From Phoronis australis (Eukaryota; Animalia; Phoronida): a DNA stretch of 64,000 bases. Below are positions 26,786-39,708 of the stretch, piece after piece. Below the pieces are notes generated by a model. The model was not told where the DNA came from. It saw nothing but the letters and a program-made list of their open reading frames with translations, and searched no databases. The DNA lies in contig NMRA01000653.1 in NCBI GenBank assembly GCA_002633005.1, positions 162,004-226,003 of the forward strand, in the 5' to 3' direction. A program made the translations under genes and the position numbers. The number at the start of each line of letters is the position of its first letter. Within the stretch, counting starts at the first letter, position 1.

Positions 26786-27002
26786 TTTATGCGCCCACAT
26801 ATTTATATGTGGACGCATTATGCCGTCATCTCTGTCCGTCCGTCCGTCCGTCCGTCCGTCCGTCCGGGCGGCGTCCGTCCGGCGTCCGGCGTCCGCTGCT
26901 CTATCTCCAAAACCCTTTGACANGTACCAATAAACAACCCTAGAAGGATACCGTATGCGGTGCAATTGTGGGCGCATTTCAACGCTCTGCGTTGCTCTTG
27001 TT
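26786..27002 (+). mobile_element. Helentron-associated interspersed element (HINE; DINE-1/pearl-like), probably collapsed at the N
   Basis: Starts in a T run; sub-TIR atgcgcccaca (26789-26799) / tgtgggcgcat (26967-26977); (GTCC)n microsatellite; 3' hairpin caacgc-tct-gcgttg (26980-26994); empty site gatttttgccttgtcatg in a related repeat at ~32315. Confidence 0.8.
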
Positions 27003-29924
27003 AGCCTTGTCATGCAAGTGGCGTCGCAGCAACTATTTCGTTTCTGCAGTGATGTTTAATAGCCGCGTGCTTGAAGCACATACGTGTACGGCAATAAACA
27101 CATATCTGGCCAATTTAACTGGTGTGTTATTCATACTGTATGAATACATGAGAAAAAGGATATAATAGCGTGGTAAATATGAAAGTAGCCAACGTTGGCG
27201 TGCAAGTAATCCAACGCGCATGCTATCTTTTTGCCTGTCATTAACCCTGATTGGTGCATTTTAATGTACGCAGGTGTGTTTTACTTGCAGATAATGCCTC
27301 CCATGGCATTTCCAAGGGACTAGTTAATCTAAAATCAATGACACATTCTAAAAGGTTATTTGCAGAGACTGGTCAATAAAACTACATTACAGATTATTCT
27401 GACATAATAAAAAGGTACCCTACTGAATGTGAACCTGCACAACACTGACAAATAGTACAGGTAACTGGTACAAACACAAAGTATTTAAGTGTTGCAGGTG
27501 ACCAGTGCAACGGGCCGACATGAACGGCCTTCGCACAACTGGTACAATCTGTACCTGAGACCACCTGCAATTATATTCTTAAGTGTTACAAATTTCACAG
27601 ACAACAACTATCATCTCCCCACACCATCCAAAAATATACGGTAAAATCTCATTAATTTTAGACAAAAATAATAGCCAAAATTTATTATTTTTATGTTTGA
27701 AAGACTACTAATACTGTTGTGAATACCCATGATCTTCCAAATATTGTCTGATTGCAGATCTATTACAAGACTTGCACATGGAAATTAAACCATTTATAGT
27801 GGGGATGCATACGGAATTTTCCATAGATAAGCCCATCCGATGAAACGCTCATGGGCGTTTATTCAGAACGCCCATGGGCATTTATTTGGTGTTACTTCTG
27901 GTGTCACGTGGGCAGACAGCGGGGTGCTTTTCGTAAGTTTTCCTTTTCTTCGCAGTGTCTAGATCCCCCTGTATGTCCTAGTAACTGAAAAAGTATCCTT
28001 TATTACATAAGGACGCAGTTCAAACAATGTTTATGGAGGGAGGCTAATCACAGTGTAGATGGTACGGCAAGGTATCACTTGCAAGAGTGAAGGGGTATTG
28101 CATTTTTAAATTCCGAGCCAATGTCAAATCCCATATCAGTCTCCCATTAGAGAAACTTCAGTCTATTACAACTACATCGTCACTCCCCATCCCTTTCCCA
28201 TTAACTCTCCTCCTGTAATGACACGGAGCTAGCGCTAGCTCTAGGGAACATACACCAGAGGGCGGTTGATTCGCACTGTCCATTGAATATGTGTGATGTA
28301 ACCTCTAGCAATCATTCCCATCATAGTGGATTTAACCTTTCCCATTGTGGGGAAGTGAAGCACAACTCTGCAGTTTAATCCACCAATCTTGAGAGGAGTT
28401 GCCATTGAGTAACGCTTTCCCACTGATTGAAACTCCACAAAACAGAGTGGCGGTGTTAGTGGGAAAGCGTCATTGAATTTTATTTCTTAAAAGGCAATTT
28501 AAGTCAGCCCTAACTCTCTGTTTTATCTCTGAAAACAGAGCCTTGTGGACACGTGGTCTTCACGCATCACAACGAAACAATTTTTAATTTTAAACAAAGT
28601 TTTATCCGTCTACTATCACCCTATGCACACTAAGTATTCGATAAGTTCCACACATTGAACATATTGAATTCTGAACACATCATTTCATCACCTCCTCATT
28701 ATATTTAAAACTGAGTCTGACACAGCAGGGTAGAGCTCAACGTTAGAACCTCGCAAGAAAAGCAAGACTGCGAGACTACACAAGATACTGCCAAGTAATT
28801 TAAATAAGAAGAAATGATTTTAGTTAGATTTTTCTAGCAGCGTGACACTACTGAACTCTACCCCGAGAGCAATGAAAACAAGTTACTGGATATGCTTTTG
28901 TGGTTAACTATTGCTCTGACATGCTTAAAATACTTGTTTCACCATAAAACACATCTACCAATATTAACTGCACGCATCAATTGGAAACTGATCCAACAGG
29001 AAAGACCCATTTCTCAAAGAGATTATAGGTTTTTTTACTTTTGGCAAAAGTCTGAAATTGGACTACAAAAGCCGTCAAAAGTTGATTTTTGTCTTTTGCA
29101 TGTCTCAAAACATTTTGTCTTCTGTCTAGCTGAGCAAACTAAGGATTTCTGTCTTTTGACAGATTTTTGACATAATAAACGATCCAAACAGAAGTTTGCT
29201 AGGTTGATTTCATTGTTCAGAAACAATGGCAACAAAAAGAGTGAAATTTAGTCAACTTAAATGGAACATAATGTTTTCTAAAAATTTGTACAGACTAAAT
29301 TCAGTTCTTGGGAAAAATCGATTCTTCAAAGTAGATATAAAAGCCCACAAATACAAAATTGAATGTCTAACTCTGCGTATGATACTGATTGAAACTGAAC
29401 ATTTCAAGGGGTGTTTTGAAATTTTTACAGGGAGGCAATGACAAGTCAGGAATGAGTTTTAAACTACCAGTTGACGACCGAAATGCAACTACAAACCTTA
29501 CAATTGCCCCCATCCATTAGCATAACCTGACAACTGAAAATTTCGGTAGTTAATAGTTAGAAGGTAGGCCTACGTGAACAGACTAGTCCTACCGTCCAAA
29601 ACGATTGTCGATGGGCCAATTTGCTCTCCAATCGTTCCTGACTGGGCCCGATTGGTAGCGCTGAGATCTTGACCGACATCGGGAGAAATTAAACAAACAT
29701 ATATGTTACGACAACTAAAATAACCTCAAAACATTATAAAAATAATCCGATTTAATATATTCTTATCGGGTCAACAATACGTATGCATGTATCAATTTAG
29801 ATCGAGTAGTTCTACACGTTCGGCAGACGGACGTATTGAAGTTATCCAATGACGCCATTGCTTTCACACGCAGTCTGTTCAGCAGTTCACAACACGGGTT
29901 ACTGGCGTTAGCTTATCGCTTTAA

Positions 29925-31056
29925 AGGAGAATGCCACCCGATTTAATTAGTCTTTTTTGAGGTCTTAATCGGTCTATATCCACATCGTCTCGCATACAGT
30001 CGACCTTACCTTGCCAAGAGGTGTCGCGTTAACCTGTGAGGAAGGTGAGAAACGACGCTAGCGACGTCAGTGGTTCATATGCAGAGTGAATGCCGCTATG
30101 TTGCGGTGCATCGTTCCCGCTTGTCCGAACTAAGCAGCTGCGAGGGAAGCGGGCATATCGTGTTTTTACTTCCTCGAGAGTCCGAAATGCTTAGGAAGTG
30201 GCTCATGGTAGTGAAGAATGAAATGTACGCTGTAAATAGCAAGTATGAGGCCGTGAAACATCTCCGTGTCTGTGGCCTGCAGACGTCGACAGCCGAGTGC
30301 GTCAGTGACGAATGCCGGCTTACCAAATAACTCCATACGTTCCGTTGTCTGAGCTTGTTCACGGCGCCTCTCTAGTATTTCTCCATCACTGTATTCCTGT
30401 CGGGACTGATGAGCTCTAGCTCGTCCAAAGTCGGGATTGCAAGTTGCCATGTTGGCGTTTATTACTGAGCGTTCTGTTTCGAAATGAATTATTCTCACCC
30501 TAACCAATATTTACATAAAACTGAAACAAAGTCTGTCTCATTAGATGCAATTTGTAATGCCTTTGGAGTGTTCGTGAGTGCAAATGATTTGAGAAGCCAG
30601 CAATGAATAATTCACTGCGTTACCGGCTTTACTAAGGTGCAATAAAACTAATTGACGGGACACCTGTTGTGAAACAATTCGATTTCCATCCCACGGCCAG
30701 GTGTTAGGGGAATCTTTATTTACATTTACACTACTCAAATAATGATTGTCAATGTACAACTTCTGCCCTGACGGTGCTGTGGCCAAAGCGGAACCTGAAT
30801 TCGCAGCCCCCGACGAGTAAGTAGATTTGCAGTTTCGTGGCTAATTCACCAACATAATCAGGTGCACATTACTTTGGCTCACTAGTATAGTATTTTCGTG
30901 ACTTTCTTGACTGTAAGTTTAGTTTCCACTGAGCTTTGGCTGGTTTATGTTCGTGATGTCTGATTAGTTTCCGAGATACTGGGGGGATAACGACTCGAGT
31001 CAATCCGGCCGGCCGCGACGGGCCTGATCGGGCTCCGAGCCACTGGCCAGGCTCCT
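29925..31056 (+). mobile_element. Kolobok-type non-autonomous DNA transposon with degenerate THAP domain (copy A)
   Basis: TTAA on both sides (29921-29924, 31057-31060); starts AGGAGAATGCCACCC; ORF 30070-30330 has THAP-like FLLPRESEMLRKWLMVV...LRVC. Confidence 0.8.
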
Positions 31057-31250
31057 TTAATAAGCTTGCAAATTTTATCTTCCTGGGATTTATCTTTTCA
31101 AAACGTTGTCAGTGACTAACTCTGTGTTGTTGTGTACATGTATCAGCACCAATTTGACAATTTGTCAGGGACTCCTCGGCATATCTGCTTGCATGAAGTG
31201 AAACACCGCGTGCCCCCAACGACTACGGGACGCATTGGTGAAGGTTTTTT

Positions 31251-32021
31251 TGTCAGAACATAGTCTGACAGTATTTTTAGTTGTATTGTTTTGTTTTGTT
31301 ATTCTGTTTGATTGGCATGACCCCTGAGTTAAGTACAGTGATGATGTAATTTGTTTACTACAAAATTGTGTGGAACTTTCTAGAAGACTGAGGTCAGAAC
31401 AGTGATGATGTAATTTGTTTACTACAGTATAGTGTGGAACTTTCTAGAAGACTCAAGCACGACAGTGATTAATGCAGTCTGGAATATTCTAGAGACTAGT
31501 ATGTGTTTGTAGAATGGTTGGGTAGATTCAGGAAAGTTCTAGAATGTGCTTGAATTGGTGAAAAGTTCCAGAAAAATGCATTAGGCTATAAATACACAAG
31601 CACAGGTTTGCGTTAGGAAGATCAAGTCAGTTCGAGGGAGATCAAGTCAGTTCAAGAGAAGATCAAGTAAGTTCAAGAAAGTTAATCAGGAGAATTACAG
31701 TTGAGTTGCAGTGAAGAAAATCAGCAGTTAAAGCGATAGTCGATAGAGAGCCAGCTATAGAGACAGCAGGTTATTGAATCGACGAGTGTAACAGTTGATG
31801 AACGTGTCTCAGAAGTTCATCACAAGTCAAGGCTTCGCAGCACTGGCTGGAGCATAAACAGACATTACGTCGGACGTTTTGTTTGAGTAGGCTTGTGAAC
31901 ATACGGTCGGGATTAATAAAGGATTAACTCGAACCAGTCTTCAGTCAATCGTCGCACCGAAAGCTATTAGCACCGGTTTGTACCAACCTGCGTCCACCCA
32001 CACACGGGGAAAAACGTGACC
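31251..32021 (+). mobile_element. Solo LTR
   Basis: Ends TGTCA...TGAC(C) within T runs (possible ttttt TSD); TATAAATA at 31587-31594; tandem gatcaagt(c/a)agttc x3 after it; AATAAA at ~31915; internal ~60-bp duplication in the U3-like part; no gag/pol nearby. Confidence 0.65.
31372..31594 (+). promoter_or_regulatory. Heat-shock element cluster plus TATA box inside the solo LTR
   Basis: Perfect nGAAnnTTCnnGAAn at 31372-31386 and 31436-31450; near-perfect at 31481-31495 and 31560-31574; aTTCa-gGAAa-gTTCt-aGAAt-gTGCt-tGAAt at 31526-31555; TATAAATA at 31587. Confidence 0.75.
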
Positions 32022-33054
32022 TTTTTTTCTACAGATTCGGGATGTTTTTTTTCTTGTACATCATTTTGGAGGTTTTCTTTTTTGGACTGCTCATCTCATC
32101 GGCAAGGGGTTTCTCATTTCCAGTATCGAGCCACTCGATGTTGTTAATAACCGCAACAACGCGTGTGTGTGAGGTTCGCCGGTTCCCTGCGTGCTGCTAG
32201 GTGGTAGCCAGCACGGAAGTATCGAGCAGCAGCACGTGCTTTAGCATTGTTGATGTAACCTCGGCAGTAATTGGTTAGCTTTACAAGAAAATTAGAAAAT
32301 GGCGGACTATGAACGATTTTTGCCTTGTCATGCAAGTGGCGTAGCAGCAACTATTTCGTTTCTGCAGTAGGCCTAATGTTTAATAGCTGCGTGCTTCAAG
32401 CACATACATGTACAATAAACACGCCGTCGTCTGGCCGATTTTTAAAACTAGTGTGTTATTCTTACTGTATGAATACAGGACAGCAACGTAAACAAAAGTC
32501 AGCGAAAGTAGAAAGGTGCACTTTGAAAGGGCGCAAGCACAATTTTATGGGATTCCCATTTCTTGAAAATGAATATTAAGCACCGATTTGTCTCATTACG
32601 GCGTTTTCCCGTCGCTCCCAACTTGTTCGATTCTATAGCCCAACAACAAGTTGGGAAGTTTACCCCTGTAGCCAACATCTTACAAGACTGATTAACTCCA
32701 TTCTGGCATTTATGGTTTTAGGGCCAGCTCTCTTTTGTTCGATAATTGCTCTGACCTCCAATAAGATCGTATCTTCCCTGACTGGGTTGTGCTGTTAAAA
32801 ATAAAAGTTAAGTTATAACGTATGTGAACATAAACCAATAGCATTTCTGAAATCTTTGTCAAATGGAGATCATGTTTAGTTTTTGAATCGCCAAAATCGC
32901 GCAACTGCAACCGAAGTCCGCCAATCTATCATTCTTTCCGAATACACCAATTCACTCTGAGTTTGACTGTGTTCACAGGTGGTCTGTAATAAGCCCGGTA
33001 GATAATTGGCCTGCTTGTTGTCGTAACAGACAAAAGAGTGTGCTTGGCTGTTAA

Positions 33055-34303
33055 AGGAGCATGCCACCTTAAAAACAACCTAATTTGTATCAATTTAGAT
33101 CGAGTAGTTCTACTCCATAACGACACGTACGGTTGCGTTACCTGTCACCTGACGGCAGACGGAGGTGTTGAAATTATCTAATGACGTCATCGGTTTCACA
33201 CGCAGTCTGTTCAGCAGTTCGCAACACGGGTTACTGGTGTCAGCTTATCGCTTGAAGTCATCGTTTAACACCAATAAATCATCAAACTTCGATGTAAAAC
33301 CATTAAAAATGACACTGAGTTCTTATAAAAACTGTTTTATTTCGCTCTTACTGCAAATCTACTTACTCGTCGGGGGCCGCGAATTCAGGTTCCGCTTTGG
33401 CCACAGCACCGTCAGGGCAGAAGTTGTACATTGACAATCATTATTTGAGTAGTGTAAATGTAAATAAAGATTCCCCTAACACCTGGCCGAGGGATGGAAA
33501 TCGAATTGTTTCACAACAGTTTCTGCCAGCTAACACTAAATTAGCATGAGCTCACACGGCCTAGGTGTCCCGTCAATTAGTTTTATTGCACCTTAGTAAA
33601 GCCGGTAACACAGTGATTTATTCATTGCTGGCTTCTCAAATCATTTGCACTCACGAACACTCCAAAGGCATTACAAATTGCATCTAATGAGACAGACTTT
33701 GTTTCAGTTTTATATAAGTATTGGTTAGGGTGAGAATAATTCATTTTGAAACAGAACGCTCAGTAATAAACGCCAACATGGCAACTTGCAATCCCGACTT
33801 TGGACGAGCTAGAGCTCATCAGTCCCGACAGGTATACAGTGATGGAGAAATACTAGAGAGGCGCCGTGAACAAGCTCAGACAACGGAACGTATGGAGTTA
33901 TTTGGTAAGCCGGCATTCGTCACTGACGCACTCGGCTGTCGACGTCTGCAGGCCACAGACACGGAGATGTTTCACGGCCTCATACTTGCTATTTACAGCG
34001 TACATTTCATTCTTCACTACCATGAGCCACTTCCTAAGCATTTCGGACTCTCGAGGAAGTAAAAACACGATATGCCCGCTTTCCTCGCAGATGCTTAGTT
34101 CGGACAAGCGGGAACGATGCACCGCAACATAGCGGCATTCACTCTGCATTTGAACCACTGACGTAGCTAGCGTCATTTCTCCCCTTCCTCACAGGTTAAC
34201 GCGACACCTCTTGGCAAGGTAAGGTCGACCATATGCGAGGCGATGTGGATATAGACCGATTAAGATGGCAAAAAAGACTAATTAAATCGGGTGGCATTCT
34301 CCT
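33055..34303 (-). mobile_element. Kolobok-type element with THAP remnant (copy B), inverted relative to copy A
   Basis: TTAA at 33051-33054 and 34304-34307; TIRs aggagcatgccacc / ggtggcattctcct; THAP-like ORF 33898-34176 (-). Confidence 0.85.
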
Positions 34304-35453
34304 TTAACAATTAAGAAGCTAGATGATGTCACACGCTCAGAACCCCTCCGTCTGGTAAAGTCACTGAACAGGAAAGCCCTGTCATGTGCACAATAGACCA
34401 CATTTTCACTTCCACCATCAGTGATGCCAGTTCGTTTGCGTAAAACGCTGCCTGTTGAGAATTCGACCAGCCAATCAGAAACGCCAGTGCAAAAAATTCC
34501 CGAGGAAAATTAAGTGATACCTGCGTGCTGGCTACCGTCTAGCGGCACGCAGGGAACGAGCGAGATGTGTGAGGCTAAAAGAAAGCATGCGCGTTGGAGG
34601 GCAAAAAGATAGCATGTGCGTTGGATTACTCGCACGCCAACGTTGGCTCCTCTCATATTTGCCACGTCATCATATTCTTTCCCTCCGAAATTGGCAATGT
34701 CGATACCGATCCTATTCAAGGTGCCCAAAACGCATTCAGTAACGTATTTGCTCGTTATTCGCGCAAGATTACAAAAAGCAAATTCCATGCAACTCCTCAG
34801 GAATGTTGCAGTTGGCATCAACGGATCGAATGGGCCAGGGCATGAATTCTTCATTGTTGGCAGCAACCTCGTCAGCAGTAACGAAACATATTTCAGTGCA
34901 CATGTTAATTCCCTTAATGTACTGTCGGCTTGTTTACTTTGACACTAAAACGACTTCCCCCGTCCAACTCTCTGAAACAAAATGTTGCCCTGTAGTAAAC
35001 CTCGACAACTTGCAAGTCTGGAAAAAAATTTCAAAACTTCTTTCAAAATCTACAAAACGAGCAAGCGTGACCTACGCGTTGAGCGAACCAAACGTCAACT
35101 GTGGGAATAGACGACTTTACCAAGGGCCATAATCTCCAGTCTGTGACATAGGGAGTATGAGTTTTAACTCATTCCTTGGAGTGCTTGATTTCAGTGCAGA
35201 TACATTTGCAGTATTATTTCTGTATGTAATTGTGTTCACTTGGTCGCCGCAATTTCGACGTGTACAGGTTGATAATTGATGTGCATTTTGACTGTGACAT
35301 GTATGGCTTACACTTTCAACCGACTACTTCCTCTCCAGCTTCCTGTTGGCCCAGCCTCAACCAACAGTACATTCACTCGTAAGTTTACCTAATTAGATAA
35401 TTTTATACCTAGTAGACTCCTTCCCGTTTGTCGTTAATTGTCCTGGATACAAG

Positions 35454-35939
35454 TTACTTCCCGTATTTATTACTTTTAGCCACAGATGGCCTTCCAAACG
35501 GCCGATTTCTTTCGATTCTAATATCACTCAAATCCAAACCAATCCCTCGCCAATACGCAGCGGCGCCTCCGTTCATGACCCTGGTTCCAAACAACCACTT
35601 CCCTGGGTATAAGTGGGATATCTTGCGGCAATCCCCGTCCGCTTTGGGGGAGGAGACCCCGCGGCGAGATACAACGGTTATCAATGGGGCGGGTAGGACA
35701 GGGCCTGCCATGCGGCCCAGTTCCCATTCTTTTATGAGTTTGTCCGAGTTACTGATATAGGTTTCTTGCTGTGTTGTGGTTTTTCGTGCCCCTGTATTGT
35801 AAGCTAAAGCTATTTTAAGCCTTGAACAAGGCCGGGCAGAACAGTTGGGGTCTGGGTACCCATGTAGAATGCGTTTGAGTGCCAGCGGTTTGACATTCGT
35901 GTGACTTAGGGTCCAGACGTACTGATAATTTGGGTGCAT
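35454..35939 (-). pseudogene. Degenerate DIRS/Ngaro-type (tyrosine-recombinase retrotransposon) RT N-terminal fragment
   Basis: LHGYP...DKLIKEWELGRMAGP...SRRGVSSPKADGDCRKISHLYP resembles the KE-x-GR-x-GPF / SPLGxVPKK-G-xRxIxxLSxP pattern recalled for Ngaro/DIRS RTs; inside a right-arm-specific insertion ~35231-37176. Confidence 0.65.
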
Positions 35940-37692
35940 GGTGGATACTGGAATTACATAACACTAGACTACTAGGTACTATTCCAACAGGACAGGAGAT
36001 AATATTGATGTAAACAGATGGGATTTACAATGGTTGAGACCTAGAAGAGAATCTATCGCATGTCGCAGCGGAGCCTGGTGTGGTAAAGCTCGAAAGCGCG
36101 GCGTCTTACACTGAAGTGTCCTGATATAGCGCACAACCATTTCGGTGGGTTTATCAGCAGATAAAAAAAATTAAAAAAGCCTTCGGCTGCCACTTCTATA
36201 TTTTATTCGACTTGCGAAGAAAAGTGCGAAAATACCGTACCTTACACTTTGAATATCTTGTTTGATGAGGCCTTTTCAAGTACTTCGCCTCTGGCCCCTA
36301 GCGCCTACGAATGTTTATTTTCGCTTTTGACTCGCATAGTTCCTTCCGTTCAAAAAGATATGTGTGTTATCTCTTGTAAATAAGGAACCCATCTGGTTCC
36401 TTCTATGAAATATTTATTTGGAGAGCTGTGACCTTGAAATTCCCAATACAACTTAAAATATACATTATTCTTGTTGTTTTATTTGTCCCCAATAATTGCT
36501 TTTGCTATTGTCGCTGCTATTCCTACTACAATTGGGTGAAACGGGTGCAAATGCACACTCTACCAAACGTGCGGGCAATGACTTCACAAGTCCTGTGTTT
36601 AGTTTAGCGTAAGAAGTTTATTTACAGTAAGAATACATAACACATTGGGAGACATAACTTGGTACTAAGAACTTGCTCGTATTTACCTATATCTGGAATA
36701 ATGCCGTTTTTGGAGAATTTTGCGCAGGTGTTTCGTCATTATGGGCACATAGCCCTAACTTCACGTTTATGAACAGACAGCTATCCCTTGAAGGTGTACA
36801 TACCTAACTAGGTGTTTTTCGTTTGTGTGTTTGTCCATTCGTAATTGGCATTATCGTTTTACAGCCAAATACGCATTTTCGGGATTGTTGGATGGGATAG
36901 GCTTATTGAAGTTGCCAGCTTTGTCAAGAACATAAAACAACAAACTCGTTGTTTTTGGAACGCACCCTGGTGTCAAAACGCCGCATTTGCCCTCAGAAAG
37001 CGGTTGCAATAAAACTGCCTGGAATTTTCCTGGTGGCCATACTATTTCGGCGGCTTAAAAACCCGCCTGGCAAACAAACTGCAGTATTGGGTGAAGCAAT
37101 AGCGAAGTGACAATTATTTTTAGATATTTCTATTCTGAGAAAGGGACACGAAACCAACCTTATCACGGCAAACTTGAGCTTTTTGACAGAAGGCGCGATT
37201 TGTTGCCCATTGATCAGACAGTGCAAATTAAGGTGTACGTGTCCGATTTCATTCGCGTAAAATCTTATAAATTAGCTCGGGTTTTTCTCAAGATTAATTT
37301 CGGATCTAGGCGCAACTTCACATAAAGGCACAAAACCTAAACACGCGCATAATAGTCTCCATATCGACTATGACACGTGATCAGTGTCACTAAAAGCATA
37401 TTTCACCGGGGGTTATACATACATTCATAAAAAGAAACTTAAATAAAGAGAGCCTGTAGTAAACCTTTTTCTACGTTATGACAAATTTACATCGTAGAGT
37501 ATATTTCAACAAAAATAACTTATTACTGCGAGGTGTTCAGCATCTGCTGAAATAACGTAATTTCACATTTTCGCTTTCGCAATTACACGAACTACTCTGG
37601 CACTTCTCGGTCCCGTTAGTTTCTCGGGACACAGTTGCGTATCATTATGTTTAAAACATTCAGTACATGACCACACCGCCGCTACTGTCAAT

Positions 37693-38843
37693 TCATACCT
37701 TGTTTACGACATAGGTATGCTCTCTGCAATACTTATAATAATAACGCACGGCAATAATTATCGTCACCAAAGCCGTGCAGCCACCTGTCGTTACAGCAAC
37801 AGTGAAAAACCACGTGGTCTTGTGCACTGTTTTTACTTGTTGACCAATAACTACCCTGGTTGGTGTAGTGGTTGTTTTTGATGTTGTGGTGGTTGTTGTT
37901 GAAGTTATGGTAGTCCTTGGTACCGTGGTAGTTGTAAGTGTTGTGGTAGTCATTGGTATTGTGGTAGTTGTAAGTGTAGTGGTAGTCGTTGGTGTAGTGG
38001 TAGGTTTTGGTGTAGTGCCAATTGTTCGTGTCATGGTAGATGTTGGTGCAGTGGCAGTTGTTGGTGCAATAAGAGTTGTTGGTGTTGTGGTAGTTGTTGG
38101 TGTAGTTGGTGTAGTGATAGTTTTTGGTGTAGTGGTAACTGTTAGTGTAGTGGTAGTTGTTGGTGTAGTTGATGTAGTGATAAATGTTGGTGTAGTGGTA
38201 AATGTTGGTGTGGTGGTAATTATTGGTGTGGTGGTAGTTGTTGGTGTAGTGGTAGTTGTTGGGGGAGTGGTAGTTGTTGGTGTCGTGGTAGTTGTTGGTG
38301 TCGTTGTAGTTGTTGGTGTAGTGGTGGTTGTTGGTGTAGTGGTAGTTGGTGTAGTGGTAGTCATTGGTGTAGAGCTAGTTGTTGGTGTAATGGTAGTTGT
38401 TGGTAGAGTGGTAGTCGTTGGATTAGTGGTAGTCGTTGGATTAGTGGTAGTTGTTGGTGTTGTGGTAGTTGTTGGTGTTGTGCTAGTTGTTGGTGTAGTG
38501 GTAGTTGTTGGTAGAGTGGTACTCGTTGGTTTAGTGGTAGTCGTTGGTGTAGTGGTAGTTGTTGGTGTTGTGGTAGTTCTTGGTGTAGTGGTTATTGTTG
38601 GTAGAGTGGTAGTCGTTGGTTTAGTGCTAGTTGTTGGTGTTGTGGTATTTGTTGGTGTAGTGGTAGTTGGTGTTGCTGTAGTCGTTGGTGGTGTAGAGGT
38701 AGTCTTAGGTATAGTGGACGTTGTGCTACTGGCTGGTGTTGTGGTAGTCATTGGTGGTATTGTAGAAGTCATTGGTGCTGCAGTACCACTAGTAGTTGTC
38801 GTTGCAATAGCTGGAGTTGTCGATACCAAGAACTGCTTTTCCC
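37693..38843 (-). CDS. Copy B coding exon 2: mucin stalk fused directly to TM helix and tail
   Basis: Acceptor ttttctatctag|GG at 38844/38843 (phase 1); open frame through PTTTTT repeats into RVVIGQQVKTVHKTTWFFTVAVTTGGCTALVTIIIAVRYYYKYCREHTYVVNKV*. Predicted spliced protein ~989 aa. Confidence 0.88.
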
Positions 38844-39650
38844 CTAGATAGAAAATATTAAAACTGTTAACGCAACACAAAACACATGTGTATTGCATAT
38901 GTATGCAACTATTTACAGCAAACAGTGAAACGTTGCTACACCATGAAAACGCCGTGACTTTTTAGGTACTTCACAACTGTTGAAAAACGTTAAGCCAACT
39001 TATAAACGCATCACAGTATAGAAATAAGTAATAGAAATTATCTCAATAAGTAACAGTTTCGTAATTGTTCTCAGGCACTTTGCATTTTGCCCAGTACATG
39101 CTTTTTTGAATTCTCAAAAAAACGCGAGATATATCAGTCAGTTGTTAGAAGTCTCGATTCCAAAGTTTCTTCTGAAACAATTTGTCTCGCCTTATGAAAG
39201 TCCTGAACATTCATAGGTAAGCTCAACAGGTAAAAGTGCCAAATGAGAGCTATGATACGCCGTAAAAATTAACAATTTCGTAAAATGTAACAATTGTTAC
39301 GTTTTACGACATTGTTACATATTACTTTGGTAGACCTCTCATAAAATGTAGCAAGTTGTTACATTTTATGTGATTGTTACAATTTACGTCAGATACACAT
39401 GCGAGATTTATGTACCATTGTTACATTTTACGAAAGCGAGGTCATATTTCAGAAAGTGAATGACAAAATCTCGAACAAGTGGCATCTGACACGACGGGGG
39501 GTATTCGAGTATTTCTGAACAAGAGGTGGGGCCCGAAAATTTTGGATACCTACCCATTTAGAGAGTGTGATCTGACAAAAAGTGACCCATTTAGAGGGTA
39601 ATTTTGTGTAAACTTCAAGAGTAGCTGCAAACGCGGAACACTAAAGTTGA

Positions 39651-39708
39651 ATTATTATTATTATTATTATTGCTATTACTATTGTTATTATTATTTTATT
39701 ATTATTAT
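39651..39708 (+). repeat. (TTA)n microsatellite
   Basis: Imperfect tta run, seen directly. Confidence 0.9.

Noticed and set aside
30405-30430. Other CTGANGA motifs as hammerheads (also ~7812, ~23819, ~58539)
   Set aside because: No stem II followed by GAAA and a cleavage triplet in the right geometry.
30166-30507. Conserved 113-aa ORF (also 33721-34062) as a gene
   Set aside because: Antisense to the THAP remnant within the transposon copies; conservation reflects DNA identity only.
31620-31680. Short spaced repeats (gatcaagtcagttc) as a CRISPR-like array
   Set aside because: Only three ~20-bp tandem units with no unique spacers, inside an LTR in eukaryotic DNA.
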